Translations under genes and position numbers: made by a program
Assembly: GCA_046597375.1 (NCBI GenBank)
Contig: JBKJKM010000174.1
Location: 15,677-79,676, forward strand
Direction of reading: 5' to 3'
Length of the DNA stretch: 64,000 nt
Source of the DNA: Acidimicrobiales bacterium
GTDB taxonomy: Bacteria; Actinomycetota; Acidimicrobiia; Acidimicrobiales; CADCTF01
Notes under the pieces: generated by a model
The model's input: the letters and a program-made list of their open reading frames with translations, nothing else
The model's database searches: none
Told to the model about the DNA's origin: nothing
Shown: positions 18,055 through 27,859 of the stretch, one piece after another
Layout: each line of letters opens with the position of its first letter
How positions within the stretch are numbered: the first letter of the stretch is position 1

Positions 18055-18261
18055 CTACGAGTTGGTGACGCCCTTGTCGCCGTGCTCGATGCGAATCTGC
18101 TCCTCGACCTCTTCCGGCGTCTCGGCTTCGCTTTCCGCCCGACCCTCGGCCTCGACGCTGCGATCGCCGGTCGCCCACCCGGTGACTTCCTTGACCTTCG
18201 CCTTGAACGACTGGTCGTCGCCACCCTTGGGCACTGCGTTCTCGTTTGCTTCTTCGGTCAT
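18055..18261 (-). CDS. CsbD-family stress-response protein
   Basis: KAKVKEVTGWATGDRSVEAEGRAE matches the CsbD repeat pattern (KGKxKExxGxxTGD). The protein is small and acidic. Confidence 0.7.
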   Translation of the reverse strand: MTEEANENAVPKGGDDQSFKAKVKEVTGWATGDRSVEAEGRAESEAETPEEVEEQIRIEHGDKGVTNS

Positions 18262-18340
18262 GTGCGGTTCCTACCCCGAGACGACGTGGAATGACCGCTC
18301 GGGCTGGCGCCGTTCGTCCCACCGCCCGTAACTTCGGCCC

Positions 18341-19570
18341 ATGATCGAGTGGTCCGACGAGCAACTGATGATCCGCGACGCCATCCGGCAGTTCGTGGAC
18401 AAAGAGATCAAGCCTCACGTCGAGGAACTGGAGCACGGCGACCTCCCGCCGTACGCCATCCTCAAGAAGCTCTTCTCGACCTTTGGCATGGACGCCATGG
18501 CCAAAGCCGGTTTCGAGAAGACGATCGCCCGCGAGAAGGCGATCGCGGCTGGCGAACCCGTCGAGGAGCGCGGCGGGCGAGGCGGCGACGGGGGCGGCGG
18601 CATGACGCTGATCCCGATCATCGAGCTGTGCCGCTACTGCCCCGGCATGGTGACGGCCATGGGGGTGTCGATGGGCCTCACGGCCAGCGCCATCATGAGT
18701 CGAGGAACGACGCGCCAAAAGGAGCGCTGGGCCCTCGACCTCCTCACCTTCGACAAGGTCGGCGCATGGGCCATCACCGAGCCCGACTCGGGCAGCGACG
18801 CCTTTGGATCGATGAAGTCCACGGCCAAGCGCGACGGCGACGAGTACCTGCTGAACGGTTCGAAGACGTTCATCACGAACGGGCCCTACGCCGACACGAC
18901 GGTGTTCATCTGCAAGCTCGACGAGGGCAACCCGCCGGCCGAGCGCAAGGTGTTGAGCTTCGTGCTCGACAAGGGGATGCCCGGCTTCGAGCAGTCGAAG
19001 CCGTTGCGCAAAATGGGCATGCACTCCTCACCCACCGGCCAGCTCTTCCTGAGCGACGTGCGCGTCGGCATCGACCGACTCATCGGCGAGTCCGAGGAGG
19101 CGGCGGCCAGCGGTGGCCGCAGCGCCGCCAAGGACACCTTCTCGATGGAGCGGAGCGGCGTGGCGGCCATGGCCCTCGGCATCATCGAGCAGTGCCTCGA
19201 GGTCTCGGTGGAGTACGCCAAGAACCGCGTGCAGTTCGGTCAGCGCATCGGCGACTTCCAGCTCATCCAGCTGAAGCTGGCGAAGATGGAGGTGGCCCGC
19301 CTCAACGTGCAGAATCTCGTGTTTCGCAGCATGGAAATCGGGGCTGCGGGCAAGGGCCTGAGCCTGGCCGAGGCGTCGGCCATGAAGCTCTACTCGGCCC
19401 AGGCCGCCACCGAGGTCGCACTCGAGGCCGTCCAGCTCTTCGGCGGCAACGGCTACATGGCCGAGTACCAGGTCGAGCAACTCGCTCGCGACGCCAAGGT
19501 GCTGCAGATCTACGCCGGCACGGACGAGATCCAGATCACCCACATCGCCAAGGATCTGCTGAACCGCTGA
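18341..19570 (+). CDS. Acyl-CoA dehydrogenase
   Basis: WAITEPDSGSDAFGSMKSTA, FITNGPYAD and QLFGGNGYMAEYQVEQLARDAKVLQIYAGTDEIQ are ACAD family signatures. Confidence 0.9.
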   Translation: MIEWSDEQLMIRDAIRQFVDKEIKPHVEELEHGDLPPYAILKKLFSTFGMDAMAKAGFEKTIAREKAIAAGEPVEERGGRGGDGGGGMTLIPIIELCRYCPGMVTAMGVSMGLTASAIMSRGTTRQKERWALDLLTFDKVGAWAITEPDSGSDAFGSMKSTAKRDGDEYLLNGSKTFITNGPYADTTVFICKLDEGNPPAERKVLSFVLDKGMPGFEQSKPLRKMGMHSSPTGQLFLSDVRVGIDRLIGESEEAAASGGRSAAKDTFSMERSGVAAMALGIIEQCLEVSVEYAKNRVQFGQRIGDFQLIQLKLAKMEVARLNVQNLVFRSMEIGAAGKGLSLAEASAMKLYSAQAATEVALEAVQLFGGNGYMAEYQVEQLARDAKVLQIYAGTDEIQITHIAKDLLNR

Positions 19571-19572
19571 GG

Positions 19573-20469
19573 ATGAGCGAGTCCTGGGACGGAGAGCGGG
19601 TCACCCGCTGGATCCGGCAGTCCGAGGGCCTCGAGCGCCAGCTGGCGCCCGTGTCGGCGGTGCTGTTGGGAGCGGCCGAGCTGCGGCCTGGTGAGGTCGT
19701 CCTCGACGTCGGCTGCGGCACCGGGCCGACCACGTGGGCCGCCGCCCGCGCCGTCGGCGCCGGCGGACGGGTCTACGGCCTCGACGTGTCCGCCGAGATG
19801 CTGGCGGCGGCCGCGAAGGCGCCGGTCGGCGACCCGGGCGCCCTGGCGCCGGTCGATTGGATCACGGCGGACGCCGTCACCTGGACTCCCGAGGGTGGCG
19901 CATCGTTCGACGTGGTCTTGTCCCGCTTCGGCGTCATGTTCTTCTCCGACTCGGCGTCCGCCTTCGCCCATCTGGCGGAGGCGACCCGCCCCGGACGCGG
20001 CCGGCTGGCCGTCGCGGTCTGGGCCAAGCGCGACGAATCCGCACTGTTCGCCGTGCCGCTTCACGCCGCCGTCGGCGCTCTTCGCGCCCGCGGCCTCGAC
20101 CGCACGACCAGCGGCGTCTCGCTCGACGACTTCCTGGCTGACGACGAATCTGGGCCGTTCTCACTCCACGACCCGACCTCGCTCACGGATCTGCTGACGA
20201 GCGCCGGGTGGGAGGACGTCCGGGTCTCGTTCCACCTCCTTCCCTTGCTTTTCGCCGGCGGGGTATCGCCCGCGGTCGCCGGACGCGCCGCCCTCGACTT
20301 CGGGCCGACCCGCGCCCTTCTCGTCGGCCTCGACGACTCGTCCGTTGCGGCGGCCGAGGCTGCCATCGTCGAGGCGTTCGCCGGCAACGTCGACGACGAC
20401 GGGCAAGTGGTGTTGAGCGGTGCCGTTCGCCTTGTCACCGCCCTGAGGTCACAAGTCACGTCGCCGTAG
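19573..20469 (+). CDS. Class I SAM-dependent methyltransferase
   Basis: ATG 19573 is in frame in the 18349..20469 shadow-fused ORF. VLDVGCGTGPTT (motif I) and RVYGLDVSAEML. Confidence 0.8.
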   Translation: MSESWDGERVTRWIRQSEGLERQLAPVSAVLLGAAELRPGEVVLDVGCGTGPTTWAAARAVGAGGRVYGLDVSAEMLAAAAKAPVGDPGALAPVDWITADAVTWTPEGGASFDVVLSRFGVMFFSDSASAFAHLAEATRPGRGRLAVAVWAKRDESALFAVPLHAAVGALRARGLDRTTSGVSLDDFLADDESGPFSLHDPTSLTDLLTSAGWEDVRVSFHLLPLLFAGGVSPAVAGRAALDFGPTRALLVGLDDSSVAAAEAAIVEAFAGNVDDDGQVVLSGAVRLVTALRSQVTSP

Positions 20470-20497
20470 CGGCCGCGGAGTGAGACGGTTATGTCTC

Positions 20498-22048
20498 ATG
20501 ACCACGACCGAACAACCTCCCGCCGGAGGAGATGCGGCCGGCACCACCGTCGAGGAGAAGCGGTGGTGGATCCTCGGCGTGTTGTGTCTCAGCCTCGTCA
20601 TCGTCATCGTCGGAAACACCGTGCTGAACGTGGCCCTTCCGACCCTCGTGCGGGAGCTGCAGGCGACGCAGACCGAGCTTCAGTGGATCGTCGACGCCTA
20701 CGCGCTCGTCTTCGCCGGACTGCTGCTCACGGCCGGGGCCCTGGGTGACCGCTTCGGGCGAAAGGGTGCCCTCACCGTCGGCCTCGTCATCTTCGGCGGC
20801 GCCTCAGCCGCCAGCGCCTTCGTCGACAGCCCCGCCGGTCTGATCGCCGGCCGGGCCGTGATGGGCCTCGGCGCGGCGTTCGTCATGCCGGCCACACTGT
20901 CGATCCTCACCACGGTGTTCCCGCCACGCGAACGGGGTCGCGCCATCGCCATCTGGGCCGGCCTGGCCGGCGCCGGGGCCGCCATCGGTCCCATAGGCAG
21001 CGGCTTCCTCCTCGAACACTTCTGGTGGGGTTCGGTGTTCCTGATGAACCTCCCGATCATCGCCATCGCGTTGATTGCCGGACTGATCCTGGTTCCGTCG
21101 TCGAAGGACCCGGACGAGGCACCTCTCGATCCGATCGGAGCGGGGCTCTCCATCGCCGGCCTGGCCTCGCTGCTCTACGCGATCATCGAGGCACCGAGCC
21201 ACGGCTGGACGGCGCCCGAGACACTGGCGGCGTTCGCCGCAGCCGCCGCCCTTCTCAGCACGTTCGCTTGGTGGGAGCTGCGTTCGGCAGCGCCGATGCT
21301 GCAGCTCCGTTGGTTCAAGAACCCTGGTTTCAGCACGGCGAGCGGGGCCATCACCCTCGTGTTCTTCGCCATGTTCGGCACGTTCTTCCTCTTCAGCCAG
21401 TACCTCCAGCTCGTGCTTGGCTACGGCACCCTCGAGGCGGGCTTGCGGATGCTGCCGATGGCTGTCGTGATGATGATCGCGGCCCCCAATAGCGCACGGC
21501 TGACCGAGCGCTTCGGACCCAAGCGGGTCGTGGCGGGCGGGCTGGCCACGGTCGGGCTCGGCCTCACGCTCATGTCCTTCGCCACGGTGGACTCCGGCTA
21601 CCTCCCGGTGATGATCGCCCTGATGGTGATGTCGGCTGGCATGGGCTCGTCGATGGCGCCGGCGACGGCCACGATCATGACGTCGCTTCCGATGGGGAAG
21701 GCCGGCGTGGGATCGGCGGTCAACGACACGACCCGCGAGTTGGGCGGAGCCCTCGGCGTGGCCGTACTCGGCAGCCTGGCGGCGTCGGCCTACTCGCGAG
21801 GGGTCGGCGACCTCGCCGCCTCTCTCCCGGCCGAAGCGGCGGCGGTGGCTCGCACCTCACTCGGTGCCGCCATCGAGGTAGGCCGCCAGATCGGCGGGCC
21901 GGCCGGCGAAGTCGTCGTGCGCACCGCCCAGGTCGCCTACGTCGACGGGATGTCGAACGGGTTACGGGTCGGCGCGATGGTCGTGTTCATCGCCGCCGCC
22001 CTCGTCTTCCGGTTCCTCCCGGCGGTGCCGGCGGCGCACGACGCATGA
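20498..22048 (+). CDS. MFS transporter, DHA2 (EmrB/QacA, 14-TMS) type
   Basis: LNVALPTLVRELQAT...LQWIVDAYALVFAGLLLTAGALGDRFGRKG is DHA2 motif A/D2. The length and hydrophobicity fit 14 TMS. Confidence 0.85.
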   Translation: MTTTEQPPAGGDAAGTTVEEKRWWILGVLCLSLVIVIVGNTVLNVALPTLVRELQATQTELQWIVDAYALVFAGLLLTAGALGDRFGRKGALTVGLVIFGGASAASAFVDSPAGLIAGRAVMGLGAAFVMPATLSILTTVFPPRERGRAIAIWAGLAGAGAAIGPIGSGFLLEHFWWGSVFLMNLPIIAIALIAGLILVPSSKDPDEAPLDPIGAGLSIAGLASLLYAIIEAPSHGWTAPETLAAFAAAAALLSTFAWWELRSAAPMLQLRWFKNPGFSTASGAITLVFFAMFGTFFLFSQYLQLVLGYGTLEAGLRMLPMAVVMMIAAPNSARLTERFGPKRVVAGGLATVGLGLTLMSFATVDSGYLPVMIALMVMSAGMGSSMAPATATIMTSLPMGKAGVGSAVNDTTRELGGALGVAVLGSLAASAYSRGVGDLAASLPAEAAAVARTSLGAAIEVGRQIGGPAGEVVVRTAQVAYVDGMSNGLRVGAMVVFIAAALVFRFLPAVPAAHDA

Positions 22049-22104
22049 CCGCCGTCATGGCCAGCGTTCGCAGCTGAGGTACCGCCGTCTGGGACGATGG
22101 CGTC

Positions 22105-23511
22105 GTGCGACTCGAGCGGGACCGGCGGGGCCTCTGCACCCTCGTGCCTCTTCTCGCCCTCAGCATCATCGTCCTCGCCCTGGCGCCGGCACGACCGGCG
22201 GGCGCCACCATCGCCTCGATCTCGCCGTCATCGGCGACGGTCCAGCCGGGAAGCAGCATCACCACGACCGTCCGGGTGCAGGCGGCCGGCCTCACGTGCC
22301 TCTCCGCCCGACCCTCCACGACCGCCCTCACGGTCGAACTCGCTCGGGAGTGCGACGACACCTCTTCCTGGTCGTCGTTGCTCACGGTGACCGCCAGCGA
22401 GTCGATCACCCCTGGTACGTACTCGGTTCGGGTCACCGACCAGGAGTCGGGGGACGGTGGCGGGAGGACCTTCACCGTGCGGGTCGGGCCGGAGCCGACG
22501 ACGGCACCCCCCGTTACAACGACCACGCTGGCCGCGACCACGACGGTTCCGCCCACCACGACGACGTCTTCGACGACGACCACGCGGCCCGCCACCACCA
22601 CGGCGCCCAGCACCGTGACGACGTCTGCGGTGGCGGCCTCCACGACGACGTCGAAGGCTCCACCACCTCCGGGCGGCGGGTTCTTCAACGTCGCTTCGTT
22701 GGTGGATGCCGGCGTCCCGGACGAGGGCCTGTTCCTGCCACTCACGACCGCCGGCTACCTGTCGTGCCTCCCCCTGACCGAAGCGTGCGTGGACGAAGCC
22801 TCGGGCGTCGTGCTCGTCCCGGCGCGCACCACCGAAGTGGCGTGGCGCGTGGCCGGCCCGGACGAGACGACGGCACCGCGCACCCAACTGCAGGGCCTGC
22901 GACCTCTCACGCCGGTCGGTCGAGCACCGACTGACCCCGGCGCTCAGGACTATGCCCTCCCGGTCCTCGACCTCTCGACCGAGGGGGGACAGCTCCGCAC
23001 CATCGTGCGCGGCCTCGACGAGCGGGGGCAGTTGGTCGCTCCCCGAGCCGGACCGACCTTCGCCGTCCCCGTGGCCGAAGGCCCGATGGCGCAGCCGAAC
23101 GCATCGACGTTCGTGGCGTCGGCCCCGTTTGGACGACCGCGCCTCGCCACCAAAGGCCAGTTGACCGAGGCGTCGCCCGTCATCGCACTCTTCGCCGCTA
23201 CGGAGTTGCAGGTGATCTACGCCCTTCGGCCCGATCCGACCTGGGGTCTGAACGTCGACCTCCTCCCCCTGCTCGGCGACGGCATCGTGCCCTACCTCGT
23301 TCGAGGAGTCGACGGCCCGCCCGGCCTCTATGTGGCTCGGCCGGAAGGGCTGCGGGTTCCCACCGCCGGCAGCACCCTGGCCACCGAACCGCAGCCCTCC
23401 GGTCGATCCGCTGGCGGGATCTCACCGGCGCTGCTCCTTGCCGGCGCCGTCGGGACCGGCATGCTCGCCACCATCGCCTTGGCTATTCGGCGCCGGCGAG
23501 ATCCCCACTGA
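22105..23511 (+). CDS. Secreted Thr/Pro-rich surface protein with C-terminal TM helix and RRRR tail
   Basis: Signal peptide LVPLLALSIIVLALAPARPAGA, a long T/P/S linker, and the C-terminus ...STLATEPQPSGRSAGGISPALLLAGAVGTGMLATIALAIRRRRDPH. Confidence 0.6.
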   Translation: MRLERDRRGLCTLVPLLALSIIVLALAPARPAGATIASISPSSATVQPGSSITTTVRVQAAGLTCLSARPSTTALTVELARECDDTSSWSSLLTVTASESITPGTYSVRVTDQESGDGGGRTFTVRVGPEPTTAPPVTTTTLAATTTVPPTTTTSSTTTTRPATTTAPSTVTTSAVAASTTTSKAPPPPGGGFFNVASLVDAGVPDEGLFLPLTTAGYLSCLPLTEACVDEASGVVLVPARTTEVAWRVAGPDETTAPRTQLQGLRPLTPVGRAPTDPGAQDYALPVLDLSTEGGQLRTIVRGLDERGQLVAPRAGPTFAVPVAEGPMAQPNASTFVASAPFGRPRLATKGQLTEASPVIALFAATELQVIYALRPDPTWGLNVDLLPLLGDGIVPYLVRGVDGPPGLYVARPEGLRVPTAGSTLATEPQPSGRSAGGISPALLLAGAVGTGMLATIALAIRRRRDPH

Positions 23512-23548
23512 ACCTGAAAGGTGTCGGGCTCCGTAGGATCCGTCGCAC

Positions 23549-24307
23549 ATGAGCGACGGCATGCAGGCAAAGACGATCTCGATCACGGGACACGGCGGTG
23601 ACCACATCGAGGCGTACCAGGCCCGCCCCACCGACGAGGCGCCGGCCCGGGGCGGGGTCGTCGTTATCCATCACATGCCCGGCTACGACCGCGCCACCAA
23701 GGAAATTGTTCGCACCTTCGCGGTGTACGGCTACGACGCGGTCTGTCCCAACCTGTTCCACCGCTATGCGCCGGGCGCCAAGCCCGGCGATGCCGCGGCG
23801 GCAGCGCGCGCCGCCGGCGGCGCACCCGACGACCAAGCCATGGGCGACATCGCCGGCGCGGCCGCCCACCTGCGAGCCCTTTCCACCTCGAACGGCAAGG
23901 TCGGGGTGATCGGCTACTGCTCCGGCGGCCGGCAGGCTTGGCTGGCGGCTTGCCTGCTCGACATCGACGCCGCCGTCGATTGCTACGGCGGTCGCGTCGT
24001 TGTCTCGGCCGAAGATCTGAGCCCTGAGCGACCGACGGCGCCTCTCGACCTGGCTCCCCAGATGCGAGCCCCGTTGCTCGGTCTCTTCGGCGCCGACGAC
24101 CGCAACCCGTCGCCCGAGCACGTGGCCCGGATGGACGCCGAACTGGCGGCGCTCGACAAGCCGTTCGAGTTCTACTCCTACGACGGCGCCGGCCACTCGT
24201 TCTTCTCCGTCGATCGACCGAGCTACCACCTCGACGCATCGAAGGAAGGCTGGAAGCGGATCTGGTCGTGGTTCGGCACCCACCTTTCGACGGACGGAAC
24301 AGTTTGA
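23549..24307 (+). CDS. Dienelactone hydrolase family protein
   Basis: GVVVIHHMPGYD...VGVIGYCSGG (nucleophile Cys elbow)...YDGAGHSF. Confidence 0.85.
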   Translation: MSDGMQAKTISITGHGGDHIEAYQARPTDEAPARGGVVVIHHMPGYDRATKEIVRTFAVYGYDAVCPNLFHRYAPGAKPGDAAAAARAAGGAPDDQAMGDIAGAAAHLRALSTSNGKVGVIGYCSGGRQAWLAACLLDIDAAVDCYGGRVVVSAEDLSPERPTAPLDLAPQMRAPLLGLFGADDRNPSPEHVARMDAELAALDKPFEFYSYDGAGHSFFSVDRPSYHLDASKEGWKRIWSWFGTHLSTDGTV

Positions 24308-24576
24308 TGTGCACGTACCTGACCCTCTCGACCGACGTGGCCGGGAGCGGGCTGCAGGGAGGCGACGACTGGTTCGGCGTCGAACGCGCCGTCGTGTACT
24401 TCGACCACCCACAGGACGCGTCGCTCGAGCATGCGCTGTGCGTCGATGTGCGCGGTCGTGACGTGGGCCAGCGCGTCGCCGTCGAGCTCGATGCCTCCTC
24501 GGCTCGTCGACTGGCCGAGACGATCCTCGCCGTCCTCGACGACGCCGAGACCCGCACGCTCGTCGACCCCTCATGA
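24307..24576 (+). CDS. Small conserved hypothetical protein (DUF6295-like, tentative)
   Basis: ATG 24307 overlaps the upstream stop by 1 nt (TGATG). The sequence is MCTYLTLSTDVAGSGLQGGDDWFGVERAVVYFDHPQDASLEHALCVDV. The family name is from memory only. The stop overlaps the next start (ATGA). Confidence 0.5.
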   Translation: MCTYLTLSTDVAGSGLQGGDDWFGVERAVVYFDHPQDASLEHALCVDVRGRDVGQRVAVELDASSARRLAETILAVLDDAETRTLVDPS

Positions 24577-26840
24577 AACTGCAGGGCACGGCGGTCACGA
24601 GGACCGAGGACCACCACCTGCTGATCGGGGACACAACGTTCGTCGGCAATGTCGACCTCCCGGGCGCGTTGCACGTGGCCTATGTGACCTCGACGGTCGC
24701 CCACGCTCGACTCACCACGGTCGACGTGACGGCCGCCCGTGCTGCGCCCGGGGTGGTGTTGGTGCTGACGGCCGCCGATCACGGCCTCGCTCCGCTGACA
24801 CCGATGGTGGCGGGCGCGCCGGCGGCCATGACGCGCCCGTTGCTGGCCGACGGCATCGTGCGCTACGTCGGCGAGCCGGTCGTGGCCATCGCCGCCGAGA
24901 CGGCGGCGCAGGCGGCCGACGCCGTCGACCTCGTCGAAATCGACTACCTCCCCCTCCCTGTGGCCGTTCGGCCCGAGCACGCACTGGCCGAGGGCGCACC
25001 ACTGCTCTTCCCCGACGCCGGAACGAACGTCGTCGCCCAAGGCAGGGGGGGCGCCGCCGATGAGCTGCCGTTCGCCGAGTGCGACGTGGTCGTCGAGGGC
25101 ACCTTCCTCAACCAACGCGTGGCCCCGTGCCCCATCGAGACCCGCGTCGCCGCATCGACCTGGACCGACGACGGCCGGCTTCTGCACTACGCCTCCTGCC
25201 AGGGCGCCCATCCCATCCGCACGCAGCTCGCCGCCATCCACGGACTCGATGCCTCGCAGATCCGCGTCGTGACCTCCGATGTCGGTGGCAGCTTCGGGGC
25301 CAAGGGACGGGCCTATCCCGAAGAACTGCTTCTGCCCGTGATCGCCAAGCGCGCCGGCCGACCGGCTCGCTGGACGCCCGACCGCTCCGATGACATGGTC
25401 GGTCTCGGCCACTCGCGCGCACAACGGCAATCGGTGCGCATGGGAGGGCGTCGAGACGGCACGATCACCTGCCTCGAGGTGCACGTGCTGGCCGACTGTG
25501 GTGCCTATCCGGGCATCGCTCCGAACCTGGCCAACAACACGGGGAACCTGCTCCCCGGTCCGTATCGCATCGCCAACGTTCGATGGACCAACGAGTGCGT
25601 GGTCACGAACACCACACCGATCACCGCCTACCGCGGTGCCGGCCGGCCCGAGGCGGCGGCGCTCGTCGACCGGGCCGTCGACCTCTTCGCCGCCGAGCTC
25701 GGACTCGACCCCGTCGATGTCCGACGGACGAACCTCCTGCGACCGGACGAGTTCCCGTGGAAGAGCCCGACAGGACTCACCTACGACAGCGGCACCTACG
25801 AGCGGGCCCTCGACAAGGCGCTGACCACGGTCGGGTACGACGAGCTCCGGAAGGACCAGGCCGCCCGACGGGAACGTGGCGACACCACCGTGCTCGGTAT
25901 CGGCGTGTCGGTCTTCATCGACCGCACGGCCGGCGTGCCGGGGAGCGAGTACGGCGCAGTCGAGCTGCGAGGTGACGGCACCGTGCTCGTCAAGACCGGA
26001 TCGTCGCCCTACGGCCAGGGCCACTACACGGCGTGGGCCATGCTCGTAGCCGATCGGACCGGACTTCCCATGGAGCAGATCACGGTCGTGCACGGAGACA
26101 CCGACGTCGTGCCCCGCGGCGGCGTCACCGGTGGCTCGCGTTCGGCGCAGAAGGCCGGCACGGCCGTCGCCCAGGCGACCGACGCGTTGGTCGACGAGGC
26201 CCGCCGCATCGCCGCCGACCACCTCGAGGCGTCCCCGGACGACATCGTGCTCGACACAACGACCGGACGCTTCCACGTGACCGGCTCCCCCGGGGCGACG
26301 ACGATCGGATGGGCCGAGGTCCCCGCCGACGTCGCCGCCATACCCGAGCGCGACGCGCTCCGCTGCGAAGCCGACTTCGAAGGCGAGGGCCCGACCTTTC
26401 CGTTCGGCGCGTACGTCGCCGTCGTCGAGATCGACACCGAGACCGGACGCCTCACCCTCGAACGGATCGTCACCGTCGACGACGCCGGCACGATCCTCAA
26501 CCCGCTCCTCGCCCTCGGGCAGGTGCACGGGGGGCTGGGCCAGGGCATCGCCCAGGCCATGTTCGAGGAGTTCGTCTATGACGACGACGGCAACCCGCTC
26601 ACGTCGACGTTCGCCGACTACGGGCTGCCGACGGCAGCCGACCTCCCCTCGTTCGATTGCGAACTCACCGAGACGCCCTCACCCAACAACCCGCTCGGGT
26701 TCAAGGGCATCGCCGAATCGGGCACCATCGGTGCTCCGCCTGCCCTCCAGAACGCCGCCGTCGATGCGCTGGCCCACCTCGGCGTCCGCCACCTCGACCT
26801 GCCCATCACCCCCGAGCGCATCTGGCGGGCGCTGCGCTGA
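24573..26840 (+). CDS. Xanthine dehydrogenase/CoxL-family molybdopterin-binding large subunit (form II-like, AYRGAGR)
   Basis: The N-terminus is TRTEDHHLLIGDTTFVGNV. The active-site loop is TTPITAYRGAGRPEAA, not the VAYRCSFR of true CO dehydrogenases. DDAGTILNPLLALGQVHGG is also present. Confidence 0.9.
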   Translation: MKLQGTAVTRTEDHHLLIGDTTFVGNVDLPGALHVAYVTSTVAHARLTTVDVTAARAAPGVVLVLTAADHGLAPLTPMVAGAPAAMTRPLLADGIVRYVGEPVVAIAAETAAQAADAVDLVEIDYLPLPVAVRPEHALAEGAPLLFPDAGTNVVAQGRGGAADELPFAECDVVVEGTFLNQRVAPCPIETRVAASTWTDDGRLLHYASCQGAHPIRTQLAAIHGLDASQIRVVTSDVGGSFGAKGRAYPEELLLPVIAKRAGRPARWTPDRSDDMVGLGHSRAQRQSVRMGGRRDGTITCLEVHVLADCGAYPGIAPNLANNTGNLLPGPYRIANVRWTNECVVTNTTPITAYRGAGRPEAAALVDRAVDLFAAELGLDPVDVRRTNLLRPDEFPWKSPTGLTYDSGTYERALDKALTTVGYDELRKDQAARRERGDTTVLGIGVSVFIDRTAGVPGSEYGAVELRGDGTVLVKTGSSPYGQGHYTAWAMLVADRTGLPMEQITVVHGDTDVVPRGGVTGGSRSAQKAGTAVAQATDALVDEARRIAADHLEASPDDIVLDTTTGRFHVTGSPGATTIGWAEVPADVAAIPERDALRCEADFEGEGPTFPFGAYVAVVEIDTETGRLTLERIVTVDDAGTILNPLLALGQVHGGLGQGIAQAMFEEFVYDDDGNPLTSTFADYGLPTAADLPSFDCELTETPSPNNPLGFKGIAESGTIGAPPALQNAAVDALAHLGVRHLDLPITPERIWRALR

Positions 26841-26858
26841 CCCAACAAAGATGGGCGA

Positions 26859-27740
26859 ATGCCCACGTGCAAGTCCAACGGGATCGAGCTGTATTACGAG
26901 ACGCACGGGCAGGAGGACGACCCGGCACTGTTGCTCGTGATGGGTCTGGGCGCCCAGATGATCGCCTGGGACGAGGAGTTCTGCGACACCCTCGTCGATC
27001 GCGGGTTCTTCGTCATCCGTTTCGACAATCGGGATGTCGGCCTCTCGTCGAAGATCGAGGGCGGCGGAGGGAGCTTCATCGAGTCCTTCGCCAAAGCCCA
27101 GCAGGGGGAAGCCATTCCGGCGCCCTACCTCCTCACCGACATGGCCGCCGACGCGATCGGTCTTCTCGACCACCTCGGCATCGAGCGCGCCCACGTCGTG
27201 GGCGCGTCGATGGGGGGGATGATCGCCCAGACGATCGCCATCGAGCACCCCGAGCGGGTGCGCTCCTTGACATCGATCATGTCGACGACCGGCGAACCCG
27301 ACGTCGGCCAGCCAACGCCGGAGGCCATCGCCCGCCTCGTCGTTGCTCCGCCGGCCGATCGGGCCGCGGCCATCGAGGCATCCGTCGCCAGCTCCAAGGT
27401 GATCGGAAGCCCCGACCACTTCGACGAAGATCGGGCGCGACGGAAGGCGGCCGAGACGTACGATCGGGCCTTCACCCCGGCCGGAACCGCCCGCCAAATC
27501 CTGGCGATCATGGCCTCGGGCTCACGCGCTGACGCATTGGCCCGCCTCGAGGTTCCGGCCGTCGTGATCCACGGCGAGGTCGATCCCCTCGTCACGCCGA
27601 CCGGCGGCGCCCGCACCGCCGAACTCATCCCCGGCGCCGAGCACGTGGTGATCGAGGGAATGGGCCACGACCTACCCCGAGCGCTGTGGCCGCAGGTCGT
27701 CGAGGCGATCACGGCGGTCGTTCGGCGCGCGCCGGACTGA
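26859..27740 (+). CDS. Alpha/beta-fold hydrolase
   Basis: LLLVMGLG...HVVGASMGGMIAQ (GxSxG nucleophile elbow)...VIHGEVDPLV...GMGHDLP. Confidence 0.85.
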   Translation: MPTCKSNGIELYYETHGQEDDPALLLVMGLGAQMIAWDEEFCDTLVDRGFFVIRFDNRDVGLSSKIEGGGGSFIESFAKAQQGEAIPAPYLLTDMAADAIGLLDHLGIERAHVVGASMGGMIAQTIAIEHPERVRSLTSIMSTTGEPDVGQPTPEAIARLVVAPPADRAAAIEASVASSKVIGSPDHFDEDRARRKAAETYDRAFTPAGTARQILAIMASGSRADALARLEVPAVVIHGEVDPLVTPTGGARTAELIPGAEHVVIEGMGHDLPRALWPQVVEAITAVVRRAPD

Positions 27741-27859
27741 ATCCGGCACAAGGGCCGAATCGGGCATGTGATTCTTTTCACTACCGCCCGAAGCGAGAGG
27801 TCCGTAACCTCATCGGTGCGGTGTGACGATTGATTCGTCACAACAGTCAGGAGCTGCAC

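Noticed and set aside
23395-23511. The LATEP motif of the Thr-rich surface protein as a genuine class E sortase (LAxTG) sorting signal.
   Set aside because: The motif lacks the terminal Gly and is separated from the TM helix by 12 residues. It is kept only as a low-interest hypothesis, not as a feature.
23664-26528. Very long antisense or alternative-frame ORFs. Examples are 23664..26528 (954 aa), 27125..29701 (858 aa), 9214..10425, 10806..12431, 16238..17632 and 17849..19024, plus the N-terminal extensions of 372..1898, 5207..7072, 18349..20469 and 30260..32809.
   Set aside because: Their translations are Arg/Pro/Gly/His-rich low-complexity sequence with no recognisable motifs. Each lies opposite or overlapping a gene with clear family signatures. 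Such shadow ORFs are expected in very GC-rich DNA, where stop codons are rare.
27823-27841. The inverted repeat GTGACGA-TTGAT-TCGTCAC upstream of the MMPL gene, as a possible operator.
   Set aside because: The arms are short (7 bp), no adjacent regulator gene exists, and it overlaps the discarded N-terminal extension of the ORF. The support is insufficient.
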